Program-made: the position numbers and the translations under genes | In this document: positions 17,701 through 29,679 of the stretch, in pieces | Layout of the letters: every line of letters starts with the position of its first letter | Numbering within the stretch: position 1 is the stretch's first letter | Notes under the pieces: generated by a model | The model's input: only the letters and a program-made list of their open reading frames with translations | Told to the model about the DNA's origin: nothing | The model's database searches: none | NCBI GenBank assembly: GCA_051294375.1 | Contig: CM119265.1 | Coordinates: 18,958,631-19,022,630, forward strand | Direction: 5' to 3' | Source: Paraspadella gotoi | Lineage: Eukaryota > Animalia > Chaetognatha | Length of the DNA: 64,000 nt

Positions 17701-20700
17701 CCACCGCCGCCGCCTCCGCCGCCGACTCCGCCGCGCAGCCCTCATAAGACAATTAACCCCGAACCTCTGTCACCACGCCTTCCTCGCCACCATCGCACAC
17801 TGCCTTATTTTCTAAAAAGACCTCCAGCGTTAACACCCTGCTCCTTCCTCTCCCGGCCTCTCATACACACGCCTGATTTTCTAAAAAACCTCCAGGCGTT
17901 AACGCGCCTGCCCGTCCTCTCGCCTGCCTATCTCATACACGACTGCTGACTTTCTAAAAAGACCTACCAGCCGTTAAACGCCGCTCTCCTTCCGCGTCCC
18001 TGCCTACATCTCATACACTACTGCCTGATTTTCTTAAAAACTACCTCAGAGCGTTAACGCCCTGCTCGCTTCCTGCTCCCTGCCTATATCTCATACACAC
18101 CTGCTGAATTATTCTAAAATACCTCAGAGGTTAACCGCCATAAAAATCCCATTAACCTGGACATCAAGTAACACAATGCTAACCGTATCACCCAGCAATA
18201 AATTCTTAAGATAAGATAAACCTGGGTGTAAACAATACATCAAAGTCAGATAAGGAAACTCATAAAACCTATTTGTCTCTCTTTATTTATTTTTTGCATG
18301 TTTGACTTATGTTCACTTGGTAAAGCCATATTTCTCCCTTAAAAACTCAAACCGCAAAAAAACCACGAACACGACCATATTAGTTCATAATAAGCCAAAA
18401 TCGAATTACTAACTTAATAAACCATTATCACTTTCATAAATATAATTAAACCTGTTATTAACAGTACACGTAGTTAATTTCTTATTTATATTTTGGCAAA
18501 TTTCTTTCTGTCTTGCAATACTCATGGAAAAATCAGTCTCTGCTATCAATTTGAAAAAATCGCAGATGAATCGCATCAAACACAGAACCTAAAGTAAACC
18601 TTTTTCTTATTATCTAATAAACCTTAGATAATATCTATTTAAGTAATACCAGCAGAATAAAACATGGTTAAACGAGTGACATAAGTAAAAAAAATACTAT
18701 TGGTAAAATTTTTAAAATGTAAAATACATGAAGTATGTTAGAGAAAAAACATGATCTTTATACATTATGAAAAATATAACATTTAGTCCTTATGCAGCTA
18801 AAGGCGTAGTGAATATAGCAGTACATACGAAAATTTTAAAAATCAATTATGAAAGCAACATACCATCAGTGAACATTAATTTATCAATAAAAATTAATTT
18901 TAACAAAAATTTTCGCACGTAGGCTCATGTTATTATATAGTACTACCTATAAAATCAAAAAATTTCAAAATTAGGCTTTTCCTAATTTGCTTTTTACCCC
19001 CCCTGTTCACTTGGTCCCCTTAAGAAGACGCGGGGTAAATAATACAAGCCTCTAGAGCAGGAAGTGAGAGGGGGGCAACGCGAATATGCAAATAACATTA
19101 ACAACCTGAAGTTTCTCGAAACTGGAAAAGGGGGAAAAAAAAGGGGGCGATGAATAAGAAAACGAAGATACCGCTTAGTAACTCTAGTATTGAGTTTGTT
19201 ATTCAATGACCAATAACTGAAATTAAATTTAGTCATAAAATTTATACATGGTGATGGTAATTCGAACACGCCAAAGAAGTGTAAGGATGATTCAGTTCTA
19301 TTGCGTGATAGGAGGAGGGGAAAAACGACCCAACTTTACAAAAAAAATCTTTATGAATAGCCGTGGTTTTTTTTTTGGTTTTTTTTTGTCCCACTGCCAG
19401 TCAAGGAATAAGAAAAGACCTGCATCTATTCTTCTAGATAGGGAAAACAAAGACTCTCCGTTTTCTACGATTAAAATCCTAACGGTTTGTTAACCGAAAT
19501 GAGGGTTTTTTGTTTTTTTTTGGAAAAAGAATTGTCACTGAACGGGGGGGGGGAGAACCGGTGAAAATGAATTTTCGTATCGAGGTGGTCCTATGGATTC
19601 AAATGAGGCTCATCAGGCCAGTGGCCTCATCTCACTAACGAATCCCTTCCCTCTCACGAAGATAGATATCGGAATTATACCTAATTTATCCGTTCGATCA
19701 CGGTTGGCCGTCTCTTAATGTTTCCTTCTTTTTTTTTCTTTTTTTTTTTCTAACTGTACATATAAAACTGCGAAGTTTTTGGGGACTTATTTTGAGGAGG
19801 AGGAGGAGGAGGAGGATGAAGAAGACGATGATGAGGAAGTGGAGAGGGAGTAGGTCGAGGGAGGACGAGGAGGGGGCAGAAAATGTTGTCAGGCAACCTC
19901 CTTCCAGGGGAGCGGAGAGAGNNNNNNNNNNNNNNNNNNNNNNNNNNNNNNNNNNNNNNNNNNNNNNNNNNNNNNNNNNNNNNNNNNNNNNNNNNNNNNN
20001 NNNNNNNNNNNNNNNNNNNNNNNNNNNNNNNNNNNNNNNNNNNNNNNNNNNNNNNNNNNNNNNNNNNNNNNNNNNNNNNNNNNNNNNNNNNNNNNNNNNN
20101 NNNNNNNNNNNNNNNNNNNNNNNNNNNNNNNNNNNNNNNNNNNNNNNNNNNNNNNNNNNNNNNNNNNNNNNNNNNNNNNNNNNNNNNNNNNNNNNNNNNN
20201 NNNNNNNNNNNNNNNNNNNNNNNNNNNNNNNNNNNNNNNNNNNNNNNNNNNNNNNNNNNNNNNNNNNNNNNNNNNNNNNNNNNNNNNNNNNNNNNNNNNN
20301 NNNNNNNNNNNNNNNNNNNNNNNNNNNNNNNNNNNNNNNNNNNNNNNNNNNNNNNNNNNNNNNNNNNNNNNNNNNNNNNNNNNNNNNNNNNNNNNNNNNN
20401 NNNNNNNNNNNNNNNNNNNNNNNNNNNNNNNNNNNNNNNNNNNNNNNNNNNNNNNNNNNNNNNNNNNNNNNNNNNNNNNNNNNNNNNNNNNNNNNNNNNN
20501 NNNNNNNNNNNNNNNNNNNNNNNNNNNNNNNNNNNNNNNNNNNNNNNNNNNNNNNNNGGGGGGGGGTTAAAGAAGGAGCTGAAGGGAAATGAGAAGGGCG
20601 ACGAAGCGGTGGAGTAAGGACTTAGGAGTGCGATAACAGATGAGAAGAGCGTCGAAGAAAGTTATTAGGACGACAGTGGAAGAAAGAAGTCGTTAACGAT

Positions 20701-23024
20701 TGTGAGGGAACGAAATTTTCTCCAGAGCTGCTTGAGATCTGCTTGATTTAGTATTTGTGGGGCAGCAATGAGATGAAGTGTAAGCCAATTAGATTCCTGA
20801 ATTGACTTGACAATTTATAAAATTTTATTATTTTTCTTTTTTTTTACTGTTTTACAAGACATTAAAATCTATACAGAATCAATCACTTTTTACAAGTTAA
20901 ACGGCAAACGTTTCTATTTACGCAACGAGATGGCACGAGGTCTTATTTTTACAGTTTCGCACTTACCCAACCACCCCGACCGTTGAGGGGTTAGTCCTCA
21001 CTTTGCCCTGCGAGTCTCACCTCAGAGAAGTGGGTTTCTTATCTACTTTTATATTATCGCTAGTGGACGACGATGACGACGACGACGACAAGGACCGGCG
21101 CCCACTTAACGAAGCTCTCCCCCTTATTTTTCAACCCTCCAACCAGCCCGAGCAGGATTTTGGGAAAATGAACGGGACAACTCCAAACGCCCTCTTGGGT
21201 GTCGCCTATAAAAACAAAACCCGCACAGGTTCAATTGGAAAAACGAAAAGGAAACAATTGTTGTATACCTGCAAATATATGGTAAACATGTTTTAAAGTT
21301 ATTGATTATTGCGTTACCTATTCGTAGTTGTTGTGTTTCAATTAAAATTTGTGAAAAGCTTTTTACCATAAAAAATATTCTTTTTTTTAATCCAATTAGC
21401 CTATTTACCTTTTACATACGAAACTTTTACATATAATTTTACAATTTTTTTACATGTATCATGCATTTTTCAATAAAAGTTAAAGAATCTCTTGGAGCCC
21501 TTCGTAGCGTCGTAAAATCTTGGTTGTCGAGGTCGTAATTAAGTAAAACAGTAGTGAAAGTAAAACAAACTTTTTCCCGAGCCAAAAATCGACGACTTTA
21601 AGGCAACTTGTGACCCTTCTTTTCATTTCATAATTTCACCATTTGGTTCTTTTATTAGCTCCTTTTCACACCTGGCCATTACGCTCTCACGAGACAGCCG
21701 CGCCCCTAAAACACAGTATCATGAATCATGGTACTCGGGTAACCACGTCGATCAAAACTTTTCCAGAACCCCATTCTCGAACCCTTTCTCTCATNNNNNN
21801 NNNNNNNNNNNNNNNNNNNNNNNNNNNNNNNNNNNNNNNNNNNNNNNNNNNNNNNNNNNNNNNNNNNNNNNNNNNNNNNNNNNNNNNNNNNNNNNNNNNN
21901 NNNNNNNNNNNNNNNNNNNNNNNNNNNNNNNNNNNNNNNNNNNNNNNNNNNNNNNNNNNNNNNNNNNNNNNNNNNNNNNNNNNNNNNNNNNNNNNNNNNN
22001 NNNNNNNNNNNNNNNNNNNNNNNNNNNNNNNNNNNNNNNNNCGCCGCCGACTCCGCCGCAGCCGCTCATAAGACAATTAACCCGAACCTCTGTCACCACC
22101 GCCTTCCTCGCCACCATCGCACACTGCCTGATTTTCTAAAAAGACCTCCAGGTTAACGCCCTGCTCCTTCCTCTCCCTGCCTATCTCATACACACTGCCT
22201 GATTTTCTAAAAATACCTCGAGGTTAACGCTAAAATCCCCATTAACCTGACATCAATGTAACCAAATGCTAACTGTTCAACCAGAATATAATTCTTAATT
22301 AAGATAAACCTGGGTAAACCAATACATCAAAGTCAGATAGGAAAATTCATAAAACCTAGTTCTCTCTTTATTATTTTTGATGTTTGACTTGTTCACTGGT
22401 AAAGCATATTTCTCCCTTAAAACTCAAAACCGCAAAAAACCAGAACAGACCATATTAGTTATAATAGCCAAAACCGATTACTAACTTATAAAACTTATCA
22501 CTTTTTAAATATAATAAACCTGTTTAAACCAGTAACGTAGTTAATTTCTTATATATTTTGGCAAATTTCTTTGTTTGAATACCTCATTGGAAAAATCAAT
22601 TCTCTCTTAATTTGAAAAATCGCAATGAATCGCATCAAACACAGACTAAGTAAACCTTTCTTTATCTAATAAAACCTATAGATATTATCTATTAGATAAT
22701 ACCAGCAGAGATAAACCTGGTTAAACGAGTGACATAAAGTAAAAAAAATATATTTGTAAAATTTTTAAATGTAAAATACATGAAGTATGTTAAGAAAAAA
22801 ATATTTTATACATATGAAAATATAACATTTGTCCTTATGCACTAAGGCGTAGTGAAAGTTACATACGAAAATTTTAAAAATCAATTATGAACAACATACC
22901 ATCAGTGAACATTAATTTATAATAAAAATTAATTTTTAAAAAAAATTTTCGCAGTAGGCTATATTTATATATAGTACTATCCTTATAAAATCAAAAAATT
23001 TCAAAATAGGCTTTTCCTAATTTT
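14766..23024 (+). repeat. About 4.2-kb direct tandem duplication (copy 1 14766-18988, copy 2 18989-about 23024)
   Basis: Both copies begin gctttttacccccc..tggtcccc.ttaa.gaagacgcggggtaa and end aaatttcaaaa(t)taggcttttcctaattt. They are colinear throughout but differ by many 1-nt indels. Copy 2 contains two N gaps. Confidence 0.9.
17800..18137 (+). repeat. About 70-bp minisatellite (ctgcctgattttctaaaaagacctccaggttaacgccctgctccttcctctccctgcctatctcatacaca)
   Basis: About 4.5 noisy units here versus about 1.5 units at 22125-22230 in the duplicate copy. Confidence 0.8.
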
Positions 23025-23439
23025 GATTGCAGATTTGAATTTCTCGTCAAAAGTTGATAAAAAAAAGTATAAATCATTTTTAAAAATTCTTTCATTAAGT
23101 GGGTTAAAAATTAAAAAAAACTATATTTAATACATATAAAAAATTAATTTTCAGCTTAAAATATATCTTTTTCTAATTTTTGACCCACTTAATGAAGGAA
23201 TTTTTCTTTTTATCAACTTTTTATGACGAATCCAAATCTGCCATAATTTTTTTATAAAAAACTGTTTTGAAATTTTAACATTTATTGGTTTAGTATTAGT
23301 ATAAATATGGCCTACTGCGTAAATTGTAAAATATATTATAAATTTTTTTATTACATAAATGTTAATTAGTATAATGTTGTTCGTTCCTTACTTTTAGAAT
23401 TTTAATTAAAGTTAAATTTAGAAATTTTACTACGCCTTA
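22843..23439. mobile_element. Diverged foldback/palindromic element (MITE-like), arms about 290 bp, centre about 23141
   Basis: Nested inverted matches: taaggcgtagt/actacgcctta; cgcagtaggc.atatttata/tataaatatggcctactgcg; gcagatttg/caaatctgc; aaaagttgataaaaa/tttttatcaactttt; ttcattaagtgggt/acccacttaatgaa. Confidence 0.75.
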
Positions 23440-24794
23440 TTATGCACATATCCAAGGTGAGACAATCAGCTTTCAAACGCCTTATCATTTTATGCAATTG
23501 ACCAAAGTATAAGAAAATGGCAGTTGGACAAATAAAAAAAAAATATTTTAGAGGAGTAAAAGAAAAGTGAAAAGAAAAGAAAGCCCGTAAGACCATCTAC
23601 TTATCAGTTAACCTATAAAAATCGAAATCGATGAACACGACTTTTTTCGCTCGAATTTTTAATTTTTTTTTTCCTGGAGGTCTGAGGCACCGTGCATCGC
23701 AACGACTTCGCTTTCATTTTCATTCAATTTCAATTCATTTTCCAGTTTAAATTTCGCTATCACGTTTTTTTTAACATTTAAACCTCGATAACTGCAACGA
23801 AGATTCCTTTACAACTGATAGAATCAAAATTATCAGTATTCAATCTCGGGTAATACACAGAAGATAGTAGATTAATAAGTACGAACTCAAATATCACTTG
23901 TATTGATAAGTATTAAGTAGTAATTATAAAGTATTGATATAGCTACCTTATATTGTTTTCTCTTTTTCCAAACTTGTACAATGTGCAAGTACGATGTACA
24001 TATTCTTTCTCGTTCCCCCCCTCGTTTCCGCTTTCATAGGAACGAAGTCCCCCCCCCCGCAGCCCCCGGTCGTGTCCTGAGCTTTTAATTATCAAGCCTC
24101 CTGAGTTCGCTTGAAGACAAAACCCCCAGCCGCTCTTGTCTTGAGTCAAATGCTATGTTTTGTTTTGTTTTTTTTCGCTTTGTTTCGGTTTTTCTGACGA
24201 CAAAAATTCCAAGTGCGCAAATTGCACCAATAATCAAAATAAAAATGGGTAACTAATTCAATATAAGGTTTCCTTAATCTTAAAACAAATCCATCTCAAC
24301 ATTATCAATATTATCGTTCTACAATTTTTATAACACTTTATTACATCTTTCCCCAACCCTCTTTAACTCACCCAAAAAACCATTCCCGGCTTTTCTATCG
24401 TCTCCCCCCTACGTCCCCTTTTTCCCCACATGTCCTTACCTTTCGTGGTCGGGGAGATTTTATTGTTTCCTCGCAGGTGAGGACGCGTCGAGTGGCGACC
24501 GCTGCGCAGCGTGAAGCCGACGACCGAGTTACTGACCCACCCGCCTCTCACCGACTCGACCAGCCCACAGAAACTCACCACTCTTTACCTGTCCCTGAGC
24601 TCTCTCTCCCTGCAAACTTTGTCCTCAAACCTCCACTGATTATAGAAAGTAAACTTTTAATTACGATATATATACAATATATCATGACATTTGAAAAATT
24701 CCTCGGTTGTTAAACAAAGATTGCCATTTGGTATTCGTGATTATATGAATCAACTTAAAAACATTCGTATATTCAAAATCGGGTGTATATTTAG

Positions 24795-25099
24795 AAAGCA
24801 TACTGTATGAAACTTTACATATACTAGCTCACTTGCTATACATTTCAATTTCACAGTGTGTTATTAAAGTAGAGAAACGAAGTTTTCGAATTCTGCTAAA
24901 CTGAATATATGTATGTAATTTTATTTCAGTTAAATATAATACATTTTTTATAAAGCATATTGTATGAAACTTTACATATACTAGCTCTCTTGCTTTACAT
25001 TTCAATTTCTCAGCGTGTTATTAAAGTAGAGAAACGAAGTTTTCAAATTCCGCTAAACAGAAAATATGTATTTTTATTTCAGTTAAATGTAATACATTT
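24795..25099 (+). repeat. Two-copy direct tandem repeat, unit about 157 bp
   Basis: aaagcata(c/t)tgtatgaaactttacatatactagctc...ttattaaagtagagaaacgaagttttc...ttatttcagttaaat occurs at about 24795 and about 24952. Confidence 0.85.
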
Positions 25100-26170
25100 A
25101 AAAAAAAATATCCAGTAGGTGTACATAAATTGACCTCACCCTTGACATTGTTTAATAATTACATCATAACATATTCCCGTTTCTAACTAGAAAAGTTTTT
25201 GTGATCTCGCTTAAATTACTTTATCTTATCTTTCTCTGCCTCTGACTATTAATAAAACTCTCCCCCGACTTCCAAACATTCCGGAAAAACGAAGTCGGTC
25301 GTTAAGGATTTTCGGTTTTTTTTGTGTTTTGACCACCGTCGTCGTCGTCGTCGTCGTCCTTGTCCCAGTGGTCGAATTTGTCGTCGTCATCGTCGTCCCC
25401 GTCGAAAATGGTGATTCCTCTTTAGGGGGAGAAAGATTGGGAGGAGGGTAAGGGGAGGAGACCCGCCTTCTATCCGAACGGGAGGAGGAAGAGGAAGAGG
25501 ATCGACGAGTAATGAATGGCTCCATCTTGGAAATAAAGAGAAAAAAAAAGGGAAAGGGTTTTGGCGGGGTCACGTACTCCAGGGCTCACGCGGTTGAGGT
25601 CATGGGGATTTAAAGGAAAAAAAAGGGGGGGGGAAGTCGGACGGAATTAGGATCAAAAGTGGGGGTTGGGGTAGAGGGGAAAATGATAGCGATGAAGGGA
25701 GCAAGGAGAGAAGGTTGAACGAACAGCTTGAGAATCCTCGCGGATCCTCGTTGGAACAGTTTGGTATTTGGAGTCTTAGATTCGGGGTTCGATCGACGGA
25801 AGAGATTTGGAAACCTCAAGCCGAAGATTCGATCTTCATTAATTCCGAATTAGACGTCGTTTGACAAAAGCCGCGCAACTGCTGACGTTCCCTACCCACC
25901 GAATGCCAAAAGAAAAAAAACAAAAAATAACTATATGATTCGCTTGAAAAATAAATAATCATTCGAAATTAAGTCACGACTCTATGACATATGACATAAG
26001 ACATATTAGCTATGACGACTCCGTTGGGATCTCTTTTTTTTTTATTCAAACTACGGTTCTAAGTTATCATTTTTGCTTTATTGTCTTTTTACCAACCGCT
26101 TTCTCAAACTCTCACCTCTATTTCTCCCTACTCTCTTTGTTGACTCCTTAGTCTTCTCTTCGTGGCCCAG

Positions 26171-26219
<49 letters not shown>

Positions 26220-26610
26220 CTCTCATTGTCTCCTTCTCTCCTTTTCTCCTTCTCTCCTTTTCTCCTTCTCCAGCCTCAACGCCGCGACCGGTGAAACAGA
26301 TTCTCTGAAACAAAAATTCCCTTCCATTTTTTTCTCTCTTTCAGTTTTTGTCACAAGTTTTCTTTGACACCTACACCTTTCGGGAGTCCTCCTCCTCATC
26401 CTCCTCTTCCTTATTTTCCTCTGACACCTCATCTCCTCTTAACTTCTTGGCATTCGGTCTCCCCTTCCTCTTGGCACCTTTCGCCACGAGGCCCCTTACC
26501 ACTGGTAAGTTCCCAGTCAACTTACCTTTTTTATAGGACGACGACGACTATCGAACCTGACGTCCAAAAGCCACAATAACTCGGATTCGTCACGTTGCAA
26601 CGGAAAAAGT

Positions 26611-26656
<46 letters not shown>

Positions 26657-27082
26657 ACCGATGTTTCGAAAGTTCCAGGTTTATTTTTGGGGAATTTCAC
26701 AGTTAGTTGTTTGATTGAAAAGAGTATTCAAGGGCTTAAGTAATGAATTACGTATTATGAATACATAAATTTTTAAAATAAAGTTTGGAAAAAAAATTAT
26801 GTTCCTTTTTTAAAGAACCTAATCCAAACCTCGATCTTTTTCTTCTATTATTTTTTTTCGTCTTTCTTCAAATTTTAGAAAGGAGAATTTTTTACGGAAA
26901 TCTTTTCAGCATTATTCTAATTTTCCACTCACATCACGTTCCAATAGGAAGTTTTTCATATATTGTGGTCTTAAACTTAGACTTCTTGATAATTTTTTTT
27001 TTTCATTTACCTTTCCTCAACCCTTGTTAATTTTATTTGGTCTTTCTTCGATTTGAGTTTCTTCGTAATCATGTTAACTGAT

Positions 27083-27432
27083 TCCCACTTGCCAGTTCCC
27101 ACCCTCTCCTCGCCCTCTCTCTTTCCCAGTTCACACCCTCTCCTCGCCCTCTCTCTCCAGTTCCACCCTCTTCCTCACTTTCCTCTCTCTTTCCAGTTCA
27201 CACCTCGCCTCACCCTCTCTCTTTCCCAGTTCACACCCTCTCCTCACACTCTCTTCTTTCCCAGTTCACACCCTCTCCTCACACTCTTTCTTTCCCAGTT
27301 CCCACCCTCACCTCGCCCTCTCTCTTTCCCAGTTCCCACCCTCGCCTCACCCTCTCTCTTTCCCAGTTCACACCCTCTCCTCACACTCTTTCTTTCCCAG
27401 TTCCCACCCTCGCCTCACCCTCTATCTTTCCC
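27083..27432 (+). repeat. About 31-bp pyrimidine-rich minisatellite (ttcccagttcacaccctctcctcacactctttct-like)
   Basis: About 11 recurrences of ccagttc at roughly 31-bp spacing. Confidence 0.85.
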
Positions 27433-28124
27433 CGACAGCATCAGCCCAGTCAAAATGAATTCGGTTCTTCAACTTACTTTTTTTTTTAAACTTTCGATGC
27501 GTTGGAGATCAACGTTCCGATTTCTTTCTTTTTTTAAGGGGGCCGGGGGGGGGGGTTAAGAAATGAACTTTTCAGATTTTGTTTTAGATTCATAAAGGGG
27601 GAAAGGAAAGACGGGTCAACCGTCTGGAAATAAGAGGCGAAGACCCCAACGTTCGGGGGGCAGGGCATCCAGTCTGGAAAGAAACCTGAAGTTTAGGATA
27701 TATATAATTGGTTTGGTTGTACCAGTTATATATATAGCACGAACCCGTACGTAGCAGAATATTAATGTTCAGAATTCTACGTAAAGTGAATATAAATTTT
27801 GATATTTCTTTTTAAAGATTATTTACAAATCATAATTTTATGGCGCTTTCATTCAATTTTAAGCAAGGATATTTGTAATAATCAAAATGATTCGATATCT
27901 AATTAAAAAAAACTTTGAAAGAAGAAAAGAAGTTTCTGGCAACCCTGAGTCATGTTATCTCTTTCCACAGGATAAAGATTCAAACATAATTGCCTTACCA
28001 ACGAACCGCATCCCCACCTCTTTTCTCGCTCCAGGTAAGTTATTCAGGCATGACGTCAAAGCGTTTTCAATCTGGAGAGAGGGAGAAAGAAAAATAGGCA
28101 GAGCGAGAGAGAGAGAGAGAGAGG

Positions 28125-28220
<96 letters not shown>

Positions 28221-29679
28221 ACGAAAGAGAGAGGGCAAGAGAGAGAGAGAAAAAAGCCCCCGACGGTATTTTCGATATTAAAACCCGCAGAAAAAGTACT
28301 CATCGAACTCCGAACTGGTAGCGCTCCCCTCCGACTGAGAAAGAGAGTGAGTGAGAGAGAGAGAGAGAGAACGAGAGAGCGAGAGCGAGAACAAAACTAA
28401 ATCTATCAATAAAAAATACATTACACAATAAACATTAAACGTATCGAATATGCGAATTCATAAGCGAATGAATTCTCGAATTCGTTTTCTTTCCCAAAGT
28501 TGAAATATTTTTCGTGCTTAACTCACGAAACATACACGGTGGTTTCAACATTTTCAGACTATTTGCCCTCGCCCTTTTCAAGTCCCCCCGAGCTCTAGTC
28601 CCCTATCTACCCCTCCCTCCTTCCCCTCTCTCTTCTTGTTTGCTCTCTCTCTCTCTCTCTCTTCCTTCTGGTTCACATATAAAGAAAAATAGAGTTCCCC
28701 TGCTTTTCTTGCGAAGTTTTTTTTTTCTCGAACTCGAGGCTGAGGGAAGAAGCGGGTTGGGGGAAAATCGGCATGAATAGCCGATCGCTTATTGGTTTGG
28801 ATCTTTTGTAGTCTGGATTCTGATTGGTCCGTTTATTAAAAGATTCTCCGACTCCCGAGATCTTTTTCTCGTTTTNNNNNNNNNNNNNNNNNNNNNNNNN
28901 NNNNNNNNNNNNNNNNNNNNNNNNNNNNNNNNNNNNNNNNNNNNNNNNNNNNNNNNNNNNNNNNNNNNNNNNNNNTTTTCTTGCGCCTCATTTGATGAAA
29001 AAAAAAAGTTTTCTTTCCCAATTGGCTTAAAGCTAAAATAAACTTATTCCATTCATGGCCAATTCATGAAAAATCAGGAGTTTTGAATGAGGGACTGAGT
29101 AAATACTGTGTATGATTTATTTAGCTATTTTATTGTAAAATAGATAAATTAGTTCAAATAATGTATTTGTTAATACGTTTATATGTAAACGTCATTCACA
29201 TCAAGGGTTAGGTTTTTGTTTCAAATCGTTTGCAAGTTAAGGACGTTAGAGGCAGCAGTGCATGAGAATTGTGCCTCTTGTTTGTTTCATTGTATCGCCG
29301 AACATGATGATTTTAATAATTATTAACGTGTGGCCCACACGTTAATATTTGTAATATTTGTAATATTTATAATATATGTAATATTTGTAATCACCTCGTA
29401 AAGTAGGGGTTTATTAATTTATTATAATTGTCTAAAGTATACATACTACCTTATTTCCTTATTTGCAGCAACTTAAAAGAAATTGAGAACAGAAAAATTG
29501 AGGACAGAAAAATTGAGGACAGAAAAATTCAAAAATTGACGTTACACGTATTTAAACTTTTATAGAAATAGAATAATTAAGAAAGAAAGAAATAAATGAA
29601 GACAGAAAAATCACAAAAAAGTAAAAATAACTTCATTCATTGTGTTAAAGAGTTTATAATGATTTTTATCTGAATTGAG

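Noticed and set aside
19792-22117. ORFs made of X residues
   Set aside because: They span N gaps.
27083-27432. Regularly spaced repeats resembling a CRISPR array
   Set aside because: No unique spacers, eukaryotic context and no cas genes; an ordinary minisatellite.
9300-28800. Many 60-200 aa ORFs upstream of the zinc-finger gene
   Set aside because: Low-complexity GA/CT-derived translations; no consistent exon chain or domain found.
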